Shown here in pieces: positions 17,488 through 27,287 of a DNA stretch of 64,000 nucleotides; position 1 is the first letter of the stretch; each line of letters opens with the position of its first letter. The translations under genes and the position numbers were made by a program. The stretch spans positions 3,200,001 through 3,264,000 of the forward strand of contig CAWIPH010000002.1 of NCBI GenBank assembly GCA_963837955.1, in the 5' to 3' direction. The notes under the pieces are model-generated. The model was given only the letters and a program-made list of their open reading frames with translations. It had not been told where the DNA came from and ran no database searches. Source of the DNA: an uncultured Verrucomicrobiae bacterium (GTDB lineage: Bacteria; Verrucomicrobiota; Verrucomicrobiia; Chthoniobacterales; JAFAMB01).

Positions 17488-19482
17488 ATGTGCGGCATCG
17501 CAGGTATCGTGGATCTGGCCGGATACCGAACCGTAGCGGACGGCATTATCCAAAGGATGACGCAGGCGGTAGTTCACCGCGGCCCTGACGAGGAGGGTTA
17601 CTTCCAGCGTCCTGGCTTGGTCCTGGGGTCGCGGCGGCTCAGTATTGTCGGCTTAGCGGACGGCCAGCAGCCGGTCACCAATGAAGACCGGAGTGTGTCT
17701 GTGGTGTTTAACGGTGAGTTCTTCGACTACCCTGAGAAACGCGCGGAGCTGGAAGCGCGCGGGCATCGCCTGGTCACACATTGCGACACCGAAATCATCC
17801 CACACCTTTGGGAGGAGAGTCAGGAAGGAGTGTTCGAACGCTTGCGTGGCCAGTTCGCCCTGGCATTGTGGGATGAGCGCCGGCGTCGTTTGGTACTTGG
17901 ACGCGACCGTTTCGGCATCTGTCCGCTTTATTGGACGCGCCAGGGAGAGTGGCTCCTGTTCGCGTCAGAAATCAAGGCCCTGCTGGCTTCCGGTCTAGTG
18001 CCGGCGCGACCCGACCTTCGCGGTATTGACCACATTTTTACGTTCGCCGCCCTGCCTGGGCCGATAACCTGTTTCGAAGGCGTGCAGCTCCTGCCTCCTG
18101 GGCATTACCTGCGGATAGTCCCGGGTAACAATCGTGGCGCCGCACCCGCCATCAGCGAGCACGCCTATTGGGAGATGGATTTCCCGGACCGCGGCGACGA
18201 AGACCCAGGACGAGACCCGCGCGCTCTGGTGGATCGCTTCGAGCAGATAATGTTGCAGGCCGTGGAGGAGCGACTCCGGGCAGATGTGCCGGTGGGAGCC
18301 TATTTGTCGGGCGGAGTCGATTCAAGCATGATCACTGCCCTCGCCTGTCATCTCAAGGGTCCAGCGATTAACACCTACACGATCCGCGTTGACGCTCCTA
18401 AGCTTGACGAACTCAGTGCGGCCAACCTCGTGGCTCGGCATATCGGCACGAAGCAGCCGATCGTCCAGGAGTTTCGCGCTAGCGACACTCTCAACACGTA
18501 TCCCCGGCTGATCCAAGCCGCAGAGGCACCGGTAGTCGATACCTCCTGTGCGGCTTTGCTGTTGTTAGCGCAACGTGTTCATACCTGTGGCCAGAAAGTG
18601 GTCCTCACGGGTGAAGGGGCTGATGAGTGGCTAGCCGGTTATCCTTGGTACAAAGCGGCCAAAGCCATCGGTGTCCTGGACCTACTGCCCGGATTGCCGC
18701 TGAGCGACAGGGCGCGCCGCGCCTATCTTCGGCTGCACCACGTACCACAATATCCGGCGCAGTTTCGGCGTACCCTCGAGGAATCCGTCGGCGGTCCCAA
18801 CGCCTGGATTGATACTTACGGGGTGCTCGGAATCTCCAAGCTTCGATTTTACGCTGCGCCAATGCGGGAAGTGCTAGAGAAAACCAATCCCTGGGCTGAT
18901 CTTAGAATGCCGCTGGATCGTGCCAACCGCTGGCACCCGTTGAACCGAGGCATCTGGGTCGCAGCGCGCGTTACTCTGGCCGGACACTTGCTTCAGGCCA
19001 AAGGCGATCGAGTGGCGATGCACTCCTCTGTGGAGGTGCGATATCCCTTCCTCGATGAAGATGTCTTCGATTTTTTGGCCGGGCTGCATCCACGTTGGAA
19101 ACTCCGTGGGTTTCGGGACAAACACCTGCTCCGCCTCCTAGCCGAACGCTGGGTGCCGCCGTCCGTATACCGGCGCCGCAAGGTTATCTTCCGCGCTCCC
19201 CTGGATAGTTTCCATATCGAACCGGAGCCGGCGTTCGTGGCTCAGCTCTTAAGTGAAGAATCGCTGCAACGCACCGGATATTTTGACATTGCTGCGGTGC
19301 ATCATTGGCGGCGGGCCTTCCGTCAGATGCCGATTGGTTCCCTGCCACGCCTCTCCGTGGAGTTGGGGTTGACGGCGGTGGTGGCGACTCAGCTTTGGCA
19401 TCATCTGTTCATCGGGCCGGAATTGGCAGAATTGCCAACCTGGACGGGCAACCGAACGGTGCTTGAGAATGTGTCATTCTAG
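17488..19482 (+). CDS. asnB: Asparagine synthase (glutamine-hydrolysing) family amidotransferase
   Basis: N-terminal MCGIAG, HRGPD, NGE, RDRFG, LSGGVDSS, TGEGADE, DRVAMHSSVEVRYPFLD; probably a cluster-dedicated paralog. Confidence 0.9.
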   Translation: MCGIAGIVDLAGYRTVADGIIQRMTQAVVHRGPDEEGYFQRPGLVLGSRRLSIVGLADGQQPVTNEDRSVSVVFNGEFFDYPEKRAELEARGHRLVTHCDTEIIPHLWEESQEGVFERLRGQFALALWDERRRRLVLGRDRFGICPLYWTRQGEWLLFASEIKALLASGLVPARPDLRGIDHIFTFAALPGPITCFEGVQLLPPGHYLRIVPGNNRGAAPAISEHAYWEMDFPDRGDEDPGRDPRALVDRFEQIMLQAVEERLRADVPVGAYLSGGVDSSMITALACHLKGPAINTYTIRVDAPKLDELSAANLVARHIGTKQPIVQEFRASDTLNTYPRLIQAAEAPVVDTSCAALLLLAQRVHTCGQKVVLTGEGADEWLAGYPWYKAAKAIGVLDLLPGLPLSDRARRAYLRLHHVPQYPAQFRRTLEESVGGPNAWIDTYGVLGISKLRFYAAPMREVLEKTNPWADLRMPLDRANRWHPLNRGIWVAARVTLAGHLLQAKGDRVAMHSSVEVRYPFLDEDVFDFLAGLHPRWKLRGFRDKHLLRLLAERWVPPSVYRRRKVIFRAPLDSFHIEPEPAFVAQLLSEESLQRTGYFDIAAVHHWRRAFRQMPIGSLPRLSVELGLTAVVATQLWHHLFIGPELAELPTWTGNRTVLENVSF

Positions 19483-19617
19483 TGCGCCGATCGTGTGCGA
19501 CGACAATCGGCGAGACCAAAGGAAGCATTTGCGGGCTTGCACCCGCTCTCTGACGAACGCTACAACGTGTCCCATCATGTGGGATGCGTAGAGCTTTCTT
19601 ATGACCAATACAATCAA

Positions 19618-20979
19618 ATGAAAAAAAGTCGCGGTGTCACCGCTCGATCGATTCTCGTTGGGCTTTCCTTGATTACATGTTTCAGCGACTGCGCGATCCT
19701 ACAGAGCCGATCGGCGAGGGAGACTCGCGATCGCGCGTTCATTGTTTATTGGCCTCCTCCGAAGGAAAGCAAAGGGTTGCGCCTGGCAGTCAAAGATCTC
19801 ATCGACATGAAGGGCGTGGTGACCACGGCCGGCTCCGAATATGTTGCTAAGACCAGTCTAGCCGCTTCACGTGATGCGCAGTGCCTGGCGATAGCACGGC
19901 GGCGAAACGTGCAGATCGTAGGAAAAACGAATCTCAGTGAATTTGCAGTGGCCCCTTCCGGGATCAACGATTTCTTCGGAACTCCCAGGAGCCCCTTGAG
20001 CAAGAAGAGCAAGATTATCCCGGGAGGTTCATCCAGCGGTTCAGCGGTGGCGGTCGCAAGCGGACTGGCGGACGTTGCTTTTGGAACGGATACAGCCGGC
20101 TCCATCCGCGTACCCGCAGCTTGTTGCGGCATCGTCGGTCTGAAGACGACGTTTGGCCTTGTTTCTTTGCGGGGCGTGTTTCCAGTTGAGCCAAAGCATC
20201 TGGATACGGTCGGTCCGATGGCCAAAGACGTGGCTCATGTTGTCGAAGGGATGGACCTTTTGCAGGACGGGTTTGCGGCACGATACCGAGCAGCGGTGGC
20301 TGCTAAACCGTTGGCAAAAAACATCAGAATCGGGCGACTCTACCTGGGTGGCACCGACCCTAAGATCGACAAAGCGATTGATGACGCTCTAGCCCGGGCA
20401 GGCTTTCGAGTGGTCCCACTGGACCAAGCCTTCAAGGCGAAGTGGGACCAGGCTAAGAGAGATGGGGACACGGTGGCGGCAGCCGGCGTTCGGATCAGCG
20501 ATGGAAAATTCTTCGACAAATTAATAGGAGTAAGCGCCAGGACCAAGGCAATAATCGCCTTGGGTGAATTCGATTACAGGACGAGCTACCAGAAAGCTCT
20601 ACGGAGGCAAGCGGCGTGGCAGCAGGCCCTTCGTCAAGTCTTTAAGAAGGTTGATTTCATTGCTCTACCGACTCTTCAGAAGCTGCCGCCAAGGATTCCG
20701 CCCATCGCCAAAACCGTCCTTTTGGAAGCGCAAATAGCCCTTTTTGAAGCAGAAATGTTGGGCGCGCAAAACACCGTTGCTGTGAATTTTGCTGGAAATC
20801 CTGCGCTGGCGATACCGATTCCGTTGGATGATAAGACTATTCCCTCAACTAGCGTGCAGCTGGTCGGGCCGCGTCTGAGCGAAGCCGAACTTCTCAATGC
20901 GGGCCGCCTGATCGAGGCCGAGCCGCAACCTGGTCGACACGTCATGACAACGAAATATGCGACATCCGTTTCTCGCTGA
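19618..20979 (+). CDS. Amidase-signature family enzyme with N-terminal signal peptide (paralog 1)
   Basis: AVKDLID, GKTNLSEFA, PGGSSSGS, GTDTAGSIRVPAACCGIVGLK. Confidence 0.9.
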   Translation: MKKSRGVTARSILVGLSLITCFSDCAILQSRSARETRDRAFIVYWPPPKESKGLRLAVKDLIDMKGVVTTAGSEYVAKTSLAASRDAQCLAIARRRNVQIVGKTNLSEFAVAPSGINDFFGTPRSPLSKKSKIIPGGSSSGSAVAVASGLADVAFGTDTAGSIRVPAACCGIVGLKTTFGLVSLRGVFPVEPKHLDTVGPMAKDVAHVVEGMDLLQDGFAARYRAAVAAKPLAKNIRIGRLYLGGTDPKIDKAIDDALARAGFRVVPLDQAFKAKWDQAKRDGDTVAAAGVRISDGKFFDKLIGVSARTKAIIALGEFDYRTSYQKALRRQAAWQQALRQVFKKVDFIALPTLQKLPPRIPPIAKTVLLEAQIALFEAEMLGAQNTVAVNFAGNPALAIPIPLDDKTIPSTSVQLVGPRLSEAELLNAGRLIEAEPQPGRHVMTTKYATSVSR

Positions 20980-21084
20980 GGATGTCTCTGTCGCACCACG
21001 CGCGGCACCGACCATGAGGAGCGTTACCACGTGTCCCTTTTCCGCCAGGAGCGAGGAGCCCTTCGTGATAATCATAAAAGTAAA

Positions 21085-22416
21085 ATGAAAAAAAATCGCT
21101 TTGTCGCCGCTCCATTGATTTCGGTGGGGTTCTTGTCGATCATCTTTTTGAGCGGCTGCGTGTCTCTGTTTACACGTCCAGCAAGTCAGACTGGCAATCA
21201 CGCGTTCATCGTTTACTGGCCACCTCCGAATGACAGTAAGGAATTGCGCCTCGCGGTGAAAGATGTCATTGACGTCAAAGGCGTTGTGACCACAGCCGGC
21301 TCGGAATATTTCGCCAAGACCCGCTCGCCGGCTACCGTTGATGCCAAGTGCGTAGCGACAGCGCGAGAGCGAGGCGTGCGGATTGTCGGGAAAACCAATC
21401 TCAGCGAGTTTGCGGTTGCTCCCTCCGGCTTCAACGAATATTTCGGAATTCCTCAGAATCGCTTGAGCAAGAGGCTCAAGCTTATCCCGGGAGGTTCGTC
21501 CAGCGGTTCCGCAGTAGCGGTCCAAAGTGGCATGGCAGACGTCGCCTATGGAACCGATACAGCAGGCTCCGTCCGGGTTCCGGCAGCTTGTTGCGGCATC
21601 GTTGGCTTGAAGACGACCTTCGGCCTTGTTTCCTTGAATGGCGTCCTCCCGGTTGAACCGACGCACCTCGACACCGTCGGCCCGATGGCCAAAGATGTGG
21701 ACCACGTGGTACAAGGAATGGACCTGTTACAGAATGGGTTTGCCGAACGATACAGAAAAGTTGTTGCATCCAGACCTTCGGCCAAACAAATCAGAATAGG
21801 GCGGCTCTACTTGAGCGGCACTGACGCTAAAGTCGACAAAGCGGTTGATTACGCTCTGGCCCAAGCAGAATTTCAAGTCATCTCGCTTGACCAAGCATTT
21901 AAGGCGAAGTGGGAACAGGCCAAGAAGGACGGAGATACTTTGGCAGCGGCTGGCGCCTGGCTTAGCTATCGAAAATACTTTGGCAAACTAGGAGTAAGCG
22001 CCAAGACCGAGGCGATAATTGCTCTAGGTGAATACGAGCACACGACGAACTACCAGAACGCCCTGAAGAGGCAAGCGGAGTGGCAATCTGCCCTCCGTCA
22101 AGTCTTCCAAAAGGTGGATTTCATCGCTCTGCCCACCCTGCAGTCCCTGCCTCCAGCGAGTCCTCCCCTTGGGAGTACTGCTCTTTTTGAAGCAAGAATG
22201 TTGGTTCTACAAAATACTGTTCCCGTGAATCTTGCCGGAAATCCTGCTCTTGCCGTACCGATTCCAGAGGATGACAGGGTAATTCCCCTCACCAGCCTGC
22301 AGCTGGTTGGACCCCGATTGAGCGAAGCGGAACTTCTCAATGCGGGCCACTTGGTTGAGACTGCCGTGAACGCACCGACCGCCGAACGTCGAGTCGCGAT
22401 ACCACGCAAGCCATAG
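21085..22416 (+). CDS. Amidase-signature family enzyme, probable lipoprotein (paralog 2)
   Basis: MKKNR + hydrophobic stretch + lipobox LSGC; AVKDVID, PGGSSSGS, GTDTAGSVRVP; close paralog of the upstream gene. Confidence 0.9.
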   Translation: MKKNRFVAAPLISVGFLSIIFLSGCVSLFTRPASQTGNHAFIVYWPPPNDSKELRLAVKDVIDVKGVVTTAGSEYFAKTRSPATVDAKCVATARERGVRIVGKTNLSEFAVAPSGFNEYFGIPQNRLSKRLKLIPGGSSSGSAVAVQSGMADVAYGTDTAGSVRVPAACCGIVGLKTTFGLVSLNGVLPVEPTHLDTVGPMAKDVDHVVQGMDLLQNGFAERYRKVVASRPSAKQIRIGRLYLSGTDAKVDKAVDYALAQAEFQVISLDQAFKAKWEQAKKDGDTLAAAGAWLSYRKYFGKLGVSAKTEAIIALGEYEHTTNYQNALKRQAEWQSALRQVFQKVDFIALPTLQSLPPASPPLGSTALFEARMLVLQNTVPVNLAGNPALAVPIPEDDRVIPLTSLQLVGPRLSEAELLNAGHLVETAVNAPTAERRVAIPRKP

Positions 22417-22439
22417 GATGTCCTTCTCGGCAAACGCCG

Positions 22440-22550
22440 GTCGGTCCCCCGTTGAGCGAAGCGGAACTCCTCAATGCGGGCCGCCTGGTTGAGGCAAAGC
22501 GCTCACAGCTTGATCGACGCGTTAGAGCCCCCGAAATCCGCGCTAACTAA
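22440..22550 (+). pseudogene. 3' relic of a third amidase copy
   Basis: Translates VGPPLSEAELLNAGRLVEAK...*, matching both amidase C-termini (VGPRLSEAELLNAG). Confidence 0.75.
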
Positions 22551-22652
22551 AAACTCCGCATGCGGGCGCGGTTTCGAGTTGCCGATGCGAACTTCGCGGC
22601 TAGAATGACACTCACCAGCGGTACATTTTGCACCATCGAGTTGCAAAAAGCG

Positions 22653-23432
22653 ATGAATCCTGCTCTTTCCAACGTGTTTCCCGCGTTTTCTGCGGTCGTG
22701 TCGCTCCTATTCACGGGGGCGGCGCTCCGGGCGCAGTCCGCGGATGAGCTCATCAAAAATGGCGATGTTTATTATGCAAAATTGCAGGCTGCCGACGCGC
22801 TCAGGTTTTATCTGCCCGCCGAAAAACTTGAGCCGAGCAACGAGCGCCTTCTGGTGCGGATCTCGCGTGAATACCGCCATCTGGCGAGCGACGCCACCAA
22901 GCCAGAGGAGAAGCGCAGACTCGGCGGCATTGCGGTGGCCTACGCGAAGCGCGCTGTAACTCTCGGGCCGAATGACCCGGACGCCCAGCTAGCAGTGGCG
23001 ATCAGTTATGGAAGACTGCAACCCCTTGAGGGCAACTGGGACAAGATCGAGTCCTCGCGTATCATCAAGGAGGCCGCCGACAAGGCGGTCAGACTTGATC
23101 CGCGCAACGATTTGGGCTGGCACGTGCTAGGCCGCTGGCACACGGGGGTGGCCGATGTTAGCGCGCTCAAGCGGACGCTAGCGCAACTTATTTACGGCGA
23201 GGTGCTGCCGGAATCTACGTACCAAGAGGCAGCTAGGTGCTTCGAGAAAGCGATCGAAATCAATCCCAACCGCCCGATGCACTACATCGAGCTAGGATGC
23301 GTGTACGCGCAAATGGGCCGAAACGACGACGCGCGACGTTGCATTACCAAGGGGTTGGCGATGCAGAATACGGAAAAGGACGATCCCGAGACCAAGCAGC
23401 AAGGGCGAGAGGTGCTGACGAAACTTCGCTAG
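22653..23432 (+). CDS. Secreted tetratricopeptide-repeat protein
   Basis: Signal peptide ending LRA-Q; repeated helical TPR motifs (AVRLDPRND, AIEINPNRP). Confidence 0.8.
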   Translation: MNPALSNVFPAFSAVVSLLFTGAALRAQSADELIKNGDVYYAKLQAADALRFYLPAEKLEPSNERLLVRISREYRHLASDATKPEEKRRLGGIAVAYAKRAVTLGPNDPDAQLAVAISYGRLQPLEGNWDKIESSRIIKEAADKAVRLDPRNDLGWHVLGRWHTGVADVSALKRTLAQLIYGEVLPESTYQEAARCFEKAIEINPNRPMHYIELGCVYAQMGRNDDARRCITKGLAMQNTEKDDPETKQQGREVLTKLR

Positions 23433-23585
23433 ATCGACCAGGAGGAGACTCGCGACCGCGTTTTTCCGTCATCTTGGGTGTTCTGACTTTCCGGGCTGGT
23501 GAGCTTTCTTAAGGTTTCATTGACTTGATCTTCCAGCCGAGGATACCGATCCGGTTCCAATCCAAATTTCACACTCGGTACCTCT

Positions 23586-24203
23586 ATGCTTTTGATTTTC
23601 ATCGGAATGACGTTGCTGGCAGCCTTAACTCCAGGGTTGGCGGTTCTTTTGGTTACATCCAATGTGCTCAAGAAGGGGTTTGACGCGGCTTGGCGGGCGA
23701 TTGTTGGAATTGAAATCGGTAACGCCATTTACGTCCTCGCTTCCGCCACGGGTCTGACTGCGCTGCTTGTGGCATGCGCGCCTCTGTTCACTGCGGTGCG
23801 CTGGGCCGGAGCAATCTACCTCATCTATCTGGGGCTCCGGCTGATTGTTGCCTCCGTGCGTCCAACAACAAATGCTGAATCCGCCGTCAGCGTTCGCGCC
23901 TTAAATCCAATGCTGCAAGGAATATCAACCCAACTAGGCAATCCGAAGGCTTTGCTCTACTGGACCGCTCTTTTCCCGCAGTTTCTCGATCGAACTCACG
24001 ATTTGTTGCCTCAGTTCTTTCTTCTGGGTCTCAGTGCGATAGGAGTAGAGACAGTAGTTCTCGCGGGATATGCATTAGCAACGAATTCCGCTCGGACGGC
24101 GATCGCGCGACCTCCAGGTATGCGGAGAGTCATTGACTGTATTACCGGAGGTTTCTTCGTGGCGGTCGGCCTATTGCTGGGAACAAAAAGCGCAGAGACA
24201 TAG
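23586..24203 (+). CDS. LysE/RhtB family translocator
   Basis: LTPG, GAIYLIYLG, LGNPKALLYW..LFPQF. Confidence 0.9.
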   Translation: MLLIFIGMTLLAALTPGLAVLLVTSNVLKKGFDAAWRAIVGIEIGNAIYVLASATGLTALLVACAPLFTAVRWAGAIYLIYLGLRLIVASVRPTTNAESAVSVRALNPMLQGISTQLGNPKALLYWTALFPQFLDRTHDLLPQFFLLGLSAIGVETVVLAGYALATNSARTAIARPPGMRRVIDCITGGFFVAVGLLLGTKSAET

Positions 24204-24217
24204 AGGGCGCCATTGTC

Positions 24218-24766
24218 GTGGTGTTGACCACTGCACGTCTCAGACTACGGCTCTGGCGGGACAAAGATTTGCCGGGCTTCGCAGCGCTAAACGCGGACCC
24301 TCGCGTTATGCAATATATGCCGAAACTTCTCGACCGCACGGAAAGCGACGCGGTCGCTGGACGTATTAGGGAACACTTCACTCAACACGGCTTTGGTCTA
24401 TGGGCTGTCGAGGTGATTGGTGTCGCTGATTTTATAGGATTTACCGGTCTTGGCGTGCCGCGGTTCCAGGCCCACTTCACTCCATGTGTGGAGATCGGTT
24501 GGAGACTGGCTCACGACTATTGGGGTTTCGGTTACGCGACTGAGGCCGCCTGCGCTGCGCGTGACTATGGATTCACGCATCTCGGGCTCAACCAGATAGT
24601 CTCCTTTACTGTTCCAGCCAACCAACGCTCCCGAAATGTAATGGAACGTATCGGCATGACGCGTTCTCCTGTGGACGACTTTGAACATCCGCTCGTCCCT
24701 CTTGGTCACCCGCTCCGCCAGCACGTCCTTTACCGGCTCGTTGCACCCGCACAGTTTCACGCCTAA
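24218..24766 (+). CDS. GNAT N-acetyltransferase (RimJ/RimL type)
   Basis: TARLRLR, VEIGWRLA..YWGFGYATEAA, NQRSRNVMERIGM. Confidence 0.92.
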   Translation: MVLTTARLRLRLWRDKDLPGFAALNADPRVMQYMPKLLDRTESDAVAGRIREHFTQHGFGLWAVEVIGVADFIGFTGLGVPRFQAHFTPCVEIGWRLAHDYWGFGYATEAACAARDYGFTHLGLNQIVSFTVPANQRSRNVMERIGMTRSPVDDFEHPLVPLGHPLRQHVLYRLVAPAQFHA

Positions 24767-24860
24767 AGAGGACCGCGTTGTCAGCTACGGGAACAGAATA
24801 GACAGCCGTCGTACCCGTCACGATTCCGCTCCAATCTTTTGACCCGCGCGTGATGCTCTC

Positions 24861-25397
24861 TCATGACGCCTGTTGGGGCACGCTCGATTGAGGGGCGTTC
24901 ATTAAGGCAAAACTATCGACACACTGCTTCAATTTGGACGAGAGCTGATTCCATTGTTCCGGTGTCGCGGTTGCAGTGGTTAAGTAGACTTTGTCTCCGT
25001 TCTTAACCGCCCGAGCGTACCAGTGCAGCGATCTTCCACTCAAGATCCCTTCATATTCGACCATCCATTCATTCGGAGAGACTACGTTTTCGCTGAGTAT
25101 TTTGATTCCGGCCGAATCGAATTCCTTTTTTGTGAGGGTGACATAGTCATTTATCGAGCTAGGGAAATCTTGGATCAGTACGTTCACGTTCGGGGCGAAC
25201 CCTCCGGTTGGCGTAAGAAATAATACGACCGTCGGGCTCTGATCGGCTGCAGTACCAAAATCTGAACGCTTAACCCTGAATCCTTTGGCGTCGATGCTAA
25301 ATCCCTGGGATTCAAATCGAAGTAAATCACTGTCGGACTGCGTGCTGCCGACGATCGGAAGCAAAGAAACCAGCAGAATGGTGCGCAACAATTTCAT
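24861..25397 (-). CDS. Secreted PsbP/DcrB-like hypothetical protein
   Basis: Signal peptide; GFAPNVNV, VYLTTATA, CVDSF pattern. Confidence 0.55.
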   Translation of the reverse strand: MKLLRTILLVSLLPIVGSTQSDSDLLRFESQGFSIDAKGFRVKRSDFGTAADQSPTVVLFLTPTGGFAPNVNVLIQDFPSSINDYVTLTKKEFDSAGIKILSENVVSPNEWMVEYEGILSGRSLHWYARAVKNGDKVYLTTATATPEQWNQLSSKLKQCVDSFALMNAPQSSVPQQAS

Positions 25398-25576
25398 CGC
25401 AACAATCACTAGAGCAATGCGTCATTGCTCGTCGAGTGCGGAATGAGAGCCCGGCATTCTTCGGCCATCCAACTTGTTTCTGAATTGACGCGCCCAAGTC
25501 CGGCATCCTACAGAACATGCTTCCCACAATGACCGCCTGATCTGCCCAAATTGGTCCTACGCAGTTTTCCCTATGT

Positions 25577-27219
25577 ATGCGCCGAAGATTTTATGTTTTG
25601 CTCATCGCTTCGATATTGCTGCTCGCGCTGCTGGGTTGCGCAACACACCCGGTCACGCTTAATCCCCAGGCGCCGCTCGTCGCCCAAGCGCGTCAAGCTC
25701 TCCGCAACGGTCAATCGGAAACAATCTCCGCTCAACAAGCCGCTGCCTGGGATCTGGTCGCTGCTGATCTCGCTTCCAGAGATCTGCACGATCAGGCTGT
25801 CGTAAATACCTATAACTCTGCCTGCGCAAATTTTTCTGAACAGGTTTACCGGACCGGAATTCTGAGCGCCCAAGAATTTCGGGCTGGCGGAAAATCATAC
25901 TGGATCCGGCCCGCCGAAATCGGAGCCTGGACGCCAACCTATTTTCAAAAGGTCAAAGCGTCGAGCAGAGTCAAAGCTCATCTGGTTAAACCCTCTGTTC
26001 TGTTGCCTGGAGTCGGCGGAGCGTTATAGGCATACGTCGACAAGCCAATCCAAGAACTGGACCGGATCGTTTTGCGCCTCGCAGCGGGTATCACGTTCCG
26101 CTGACGGCAACGCTGGATTTCCAAGAGAATCGCGCCAGAAACTCGTGCGCGGTAACTTGGCAGTTGAACGACCCAACTGCTGCCGAATTTGTGTTCGTCC
26201 GCGGCCAGAAAAAGCGTCTGGCAGCGGATTTCACGGCGCCTCTCAATTACTTCCCGAAGATAAACCAATTCTGGCTCGGCTTCCTTGGCTTGCTGGACGC
26301 TGATCGGATTAGTGATCGCACTGGCTTATACGTTCTGGAACCGTATCGGGACGACCGGATCCCAGTGGTGCTCGTCCATGGCCTCCTGTCTGTGCCTGAG
26401 ATGTGGGCGCCTACTATCAATAACCTTTATGAGGATCCAGTAATCCGAAAGAACTACCAGTTCTGGGTCTTTTCTATCCGACCGGCCTTCCCGTACCTTT
26501 ATCCAGCCTCTACTTGCGAAACGATCTGGCTCAAGCGGAATGGCTCTATCGACCCAGAAACGGCATTGTGTTGGTTGGCCATAGATGGGTGGCATACTTA
26601 GCCGGGTTCAGCGATTGGCCGAGCGATCTGGAACGGAATTTTTAAGGCGGATGCCGACCGAACGTACTCTCGGATAAAGGAGAATAGTCTGGTGAAAAGA
26701 GCGTTGATCTTTCGAACCGATCCTAACGTGCTTCGGATCGTTTTCATGAATACGCCCCATCGAGGCAGCCAGTTAGCGATCGGATTCGTGGGCCGCATGG
26801 CAGTCCGCTTAATTCGCCTACCGGTTACGGTGGTTAAGGAAATGACGTACGCAATCGGCGATGTCGTCAACGAACGAGCGGGGGGACGGCTGAGCATCCC
26901 AACGAGCATCCACGGATTGTCACCGAAATCCGAATTCCTGGCGGCTTTAGATAGACTCCCGATTCGCGCTCCACACCACTCCATTATCGGTGACCGCGGG
27001 CGTGGCGACACGCCAAATAGCAGCGACAGAGTCGTTCCGTACTGGAGCTCGCACCTCGCCTCGGCAGAGTCGGAATTGATTGTTCCTGGCGATCATGGCT
27101 CCTATAAACTTCCACAAGCAAATGCCGAGCTTCGCCGGATTTTGCGCGAACATTTGTCGAAGAAGACGCCCTCGCTTGCAACCATCGGCAGGCGCCGGTT
27201 CAAAATGGCTCGCAGATGA
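25577..27219 (+). pseudogene. Alpha/beta hydrolase lipoprotein, frameshifted (pseudogene or sequence error)
   Basis: Lipobox LLGC; PVVLVHGL; nucleophile elbow GHSMGG split at ~26585; TPHRGS, SDRVVPY.S and C-terminal His; at least four frame breaks. Confidence 0.75.
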
Positions 27220-27287
27220 TTGGACGGACAGAAAAGCGCAAAAAATTCATTTGAGCCCGGAACCCGCCAGCTCACGCAAGCGTTGAC

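Noticed and set aside
17488..19482. Lasso peptide cyclase interpretation of the AsnB-like gene
   Set aside because: Intact glutaminase Cys2 domain and no precursor, B1/RRE or B2 protease gene nearby
19618..22416. gatA (Glu-tRNA amidotransferase subunit A)
   Set aside because: Signal peptides, tandem duplication and no gatB/gatC
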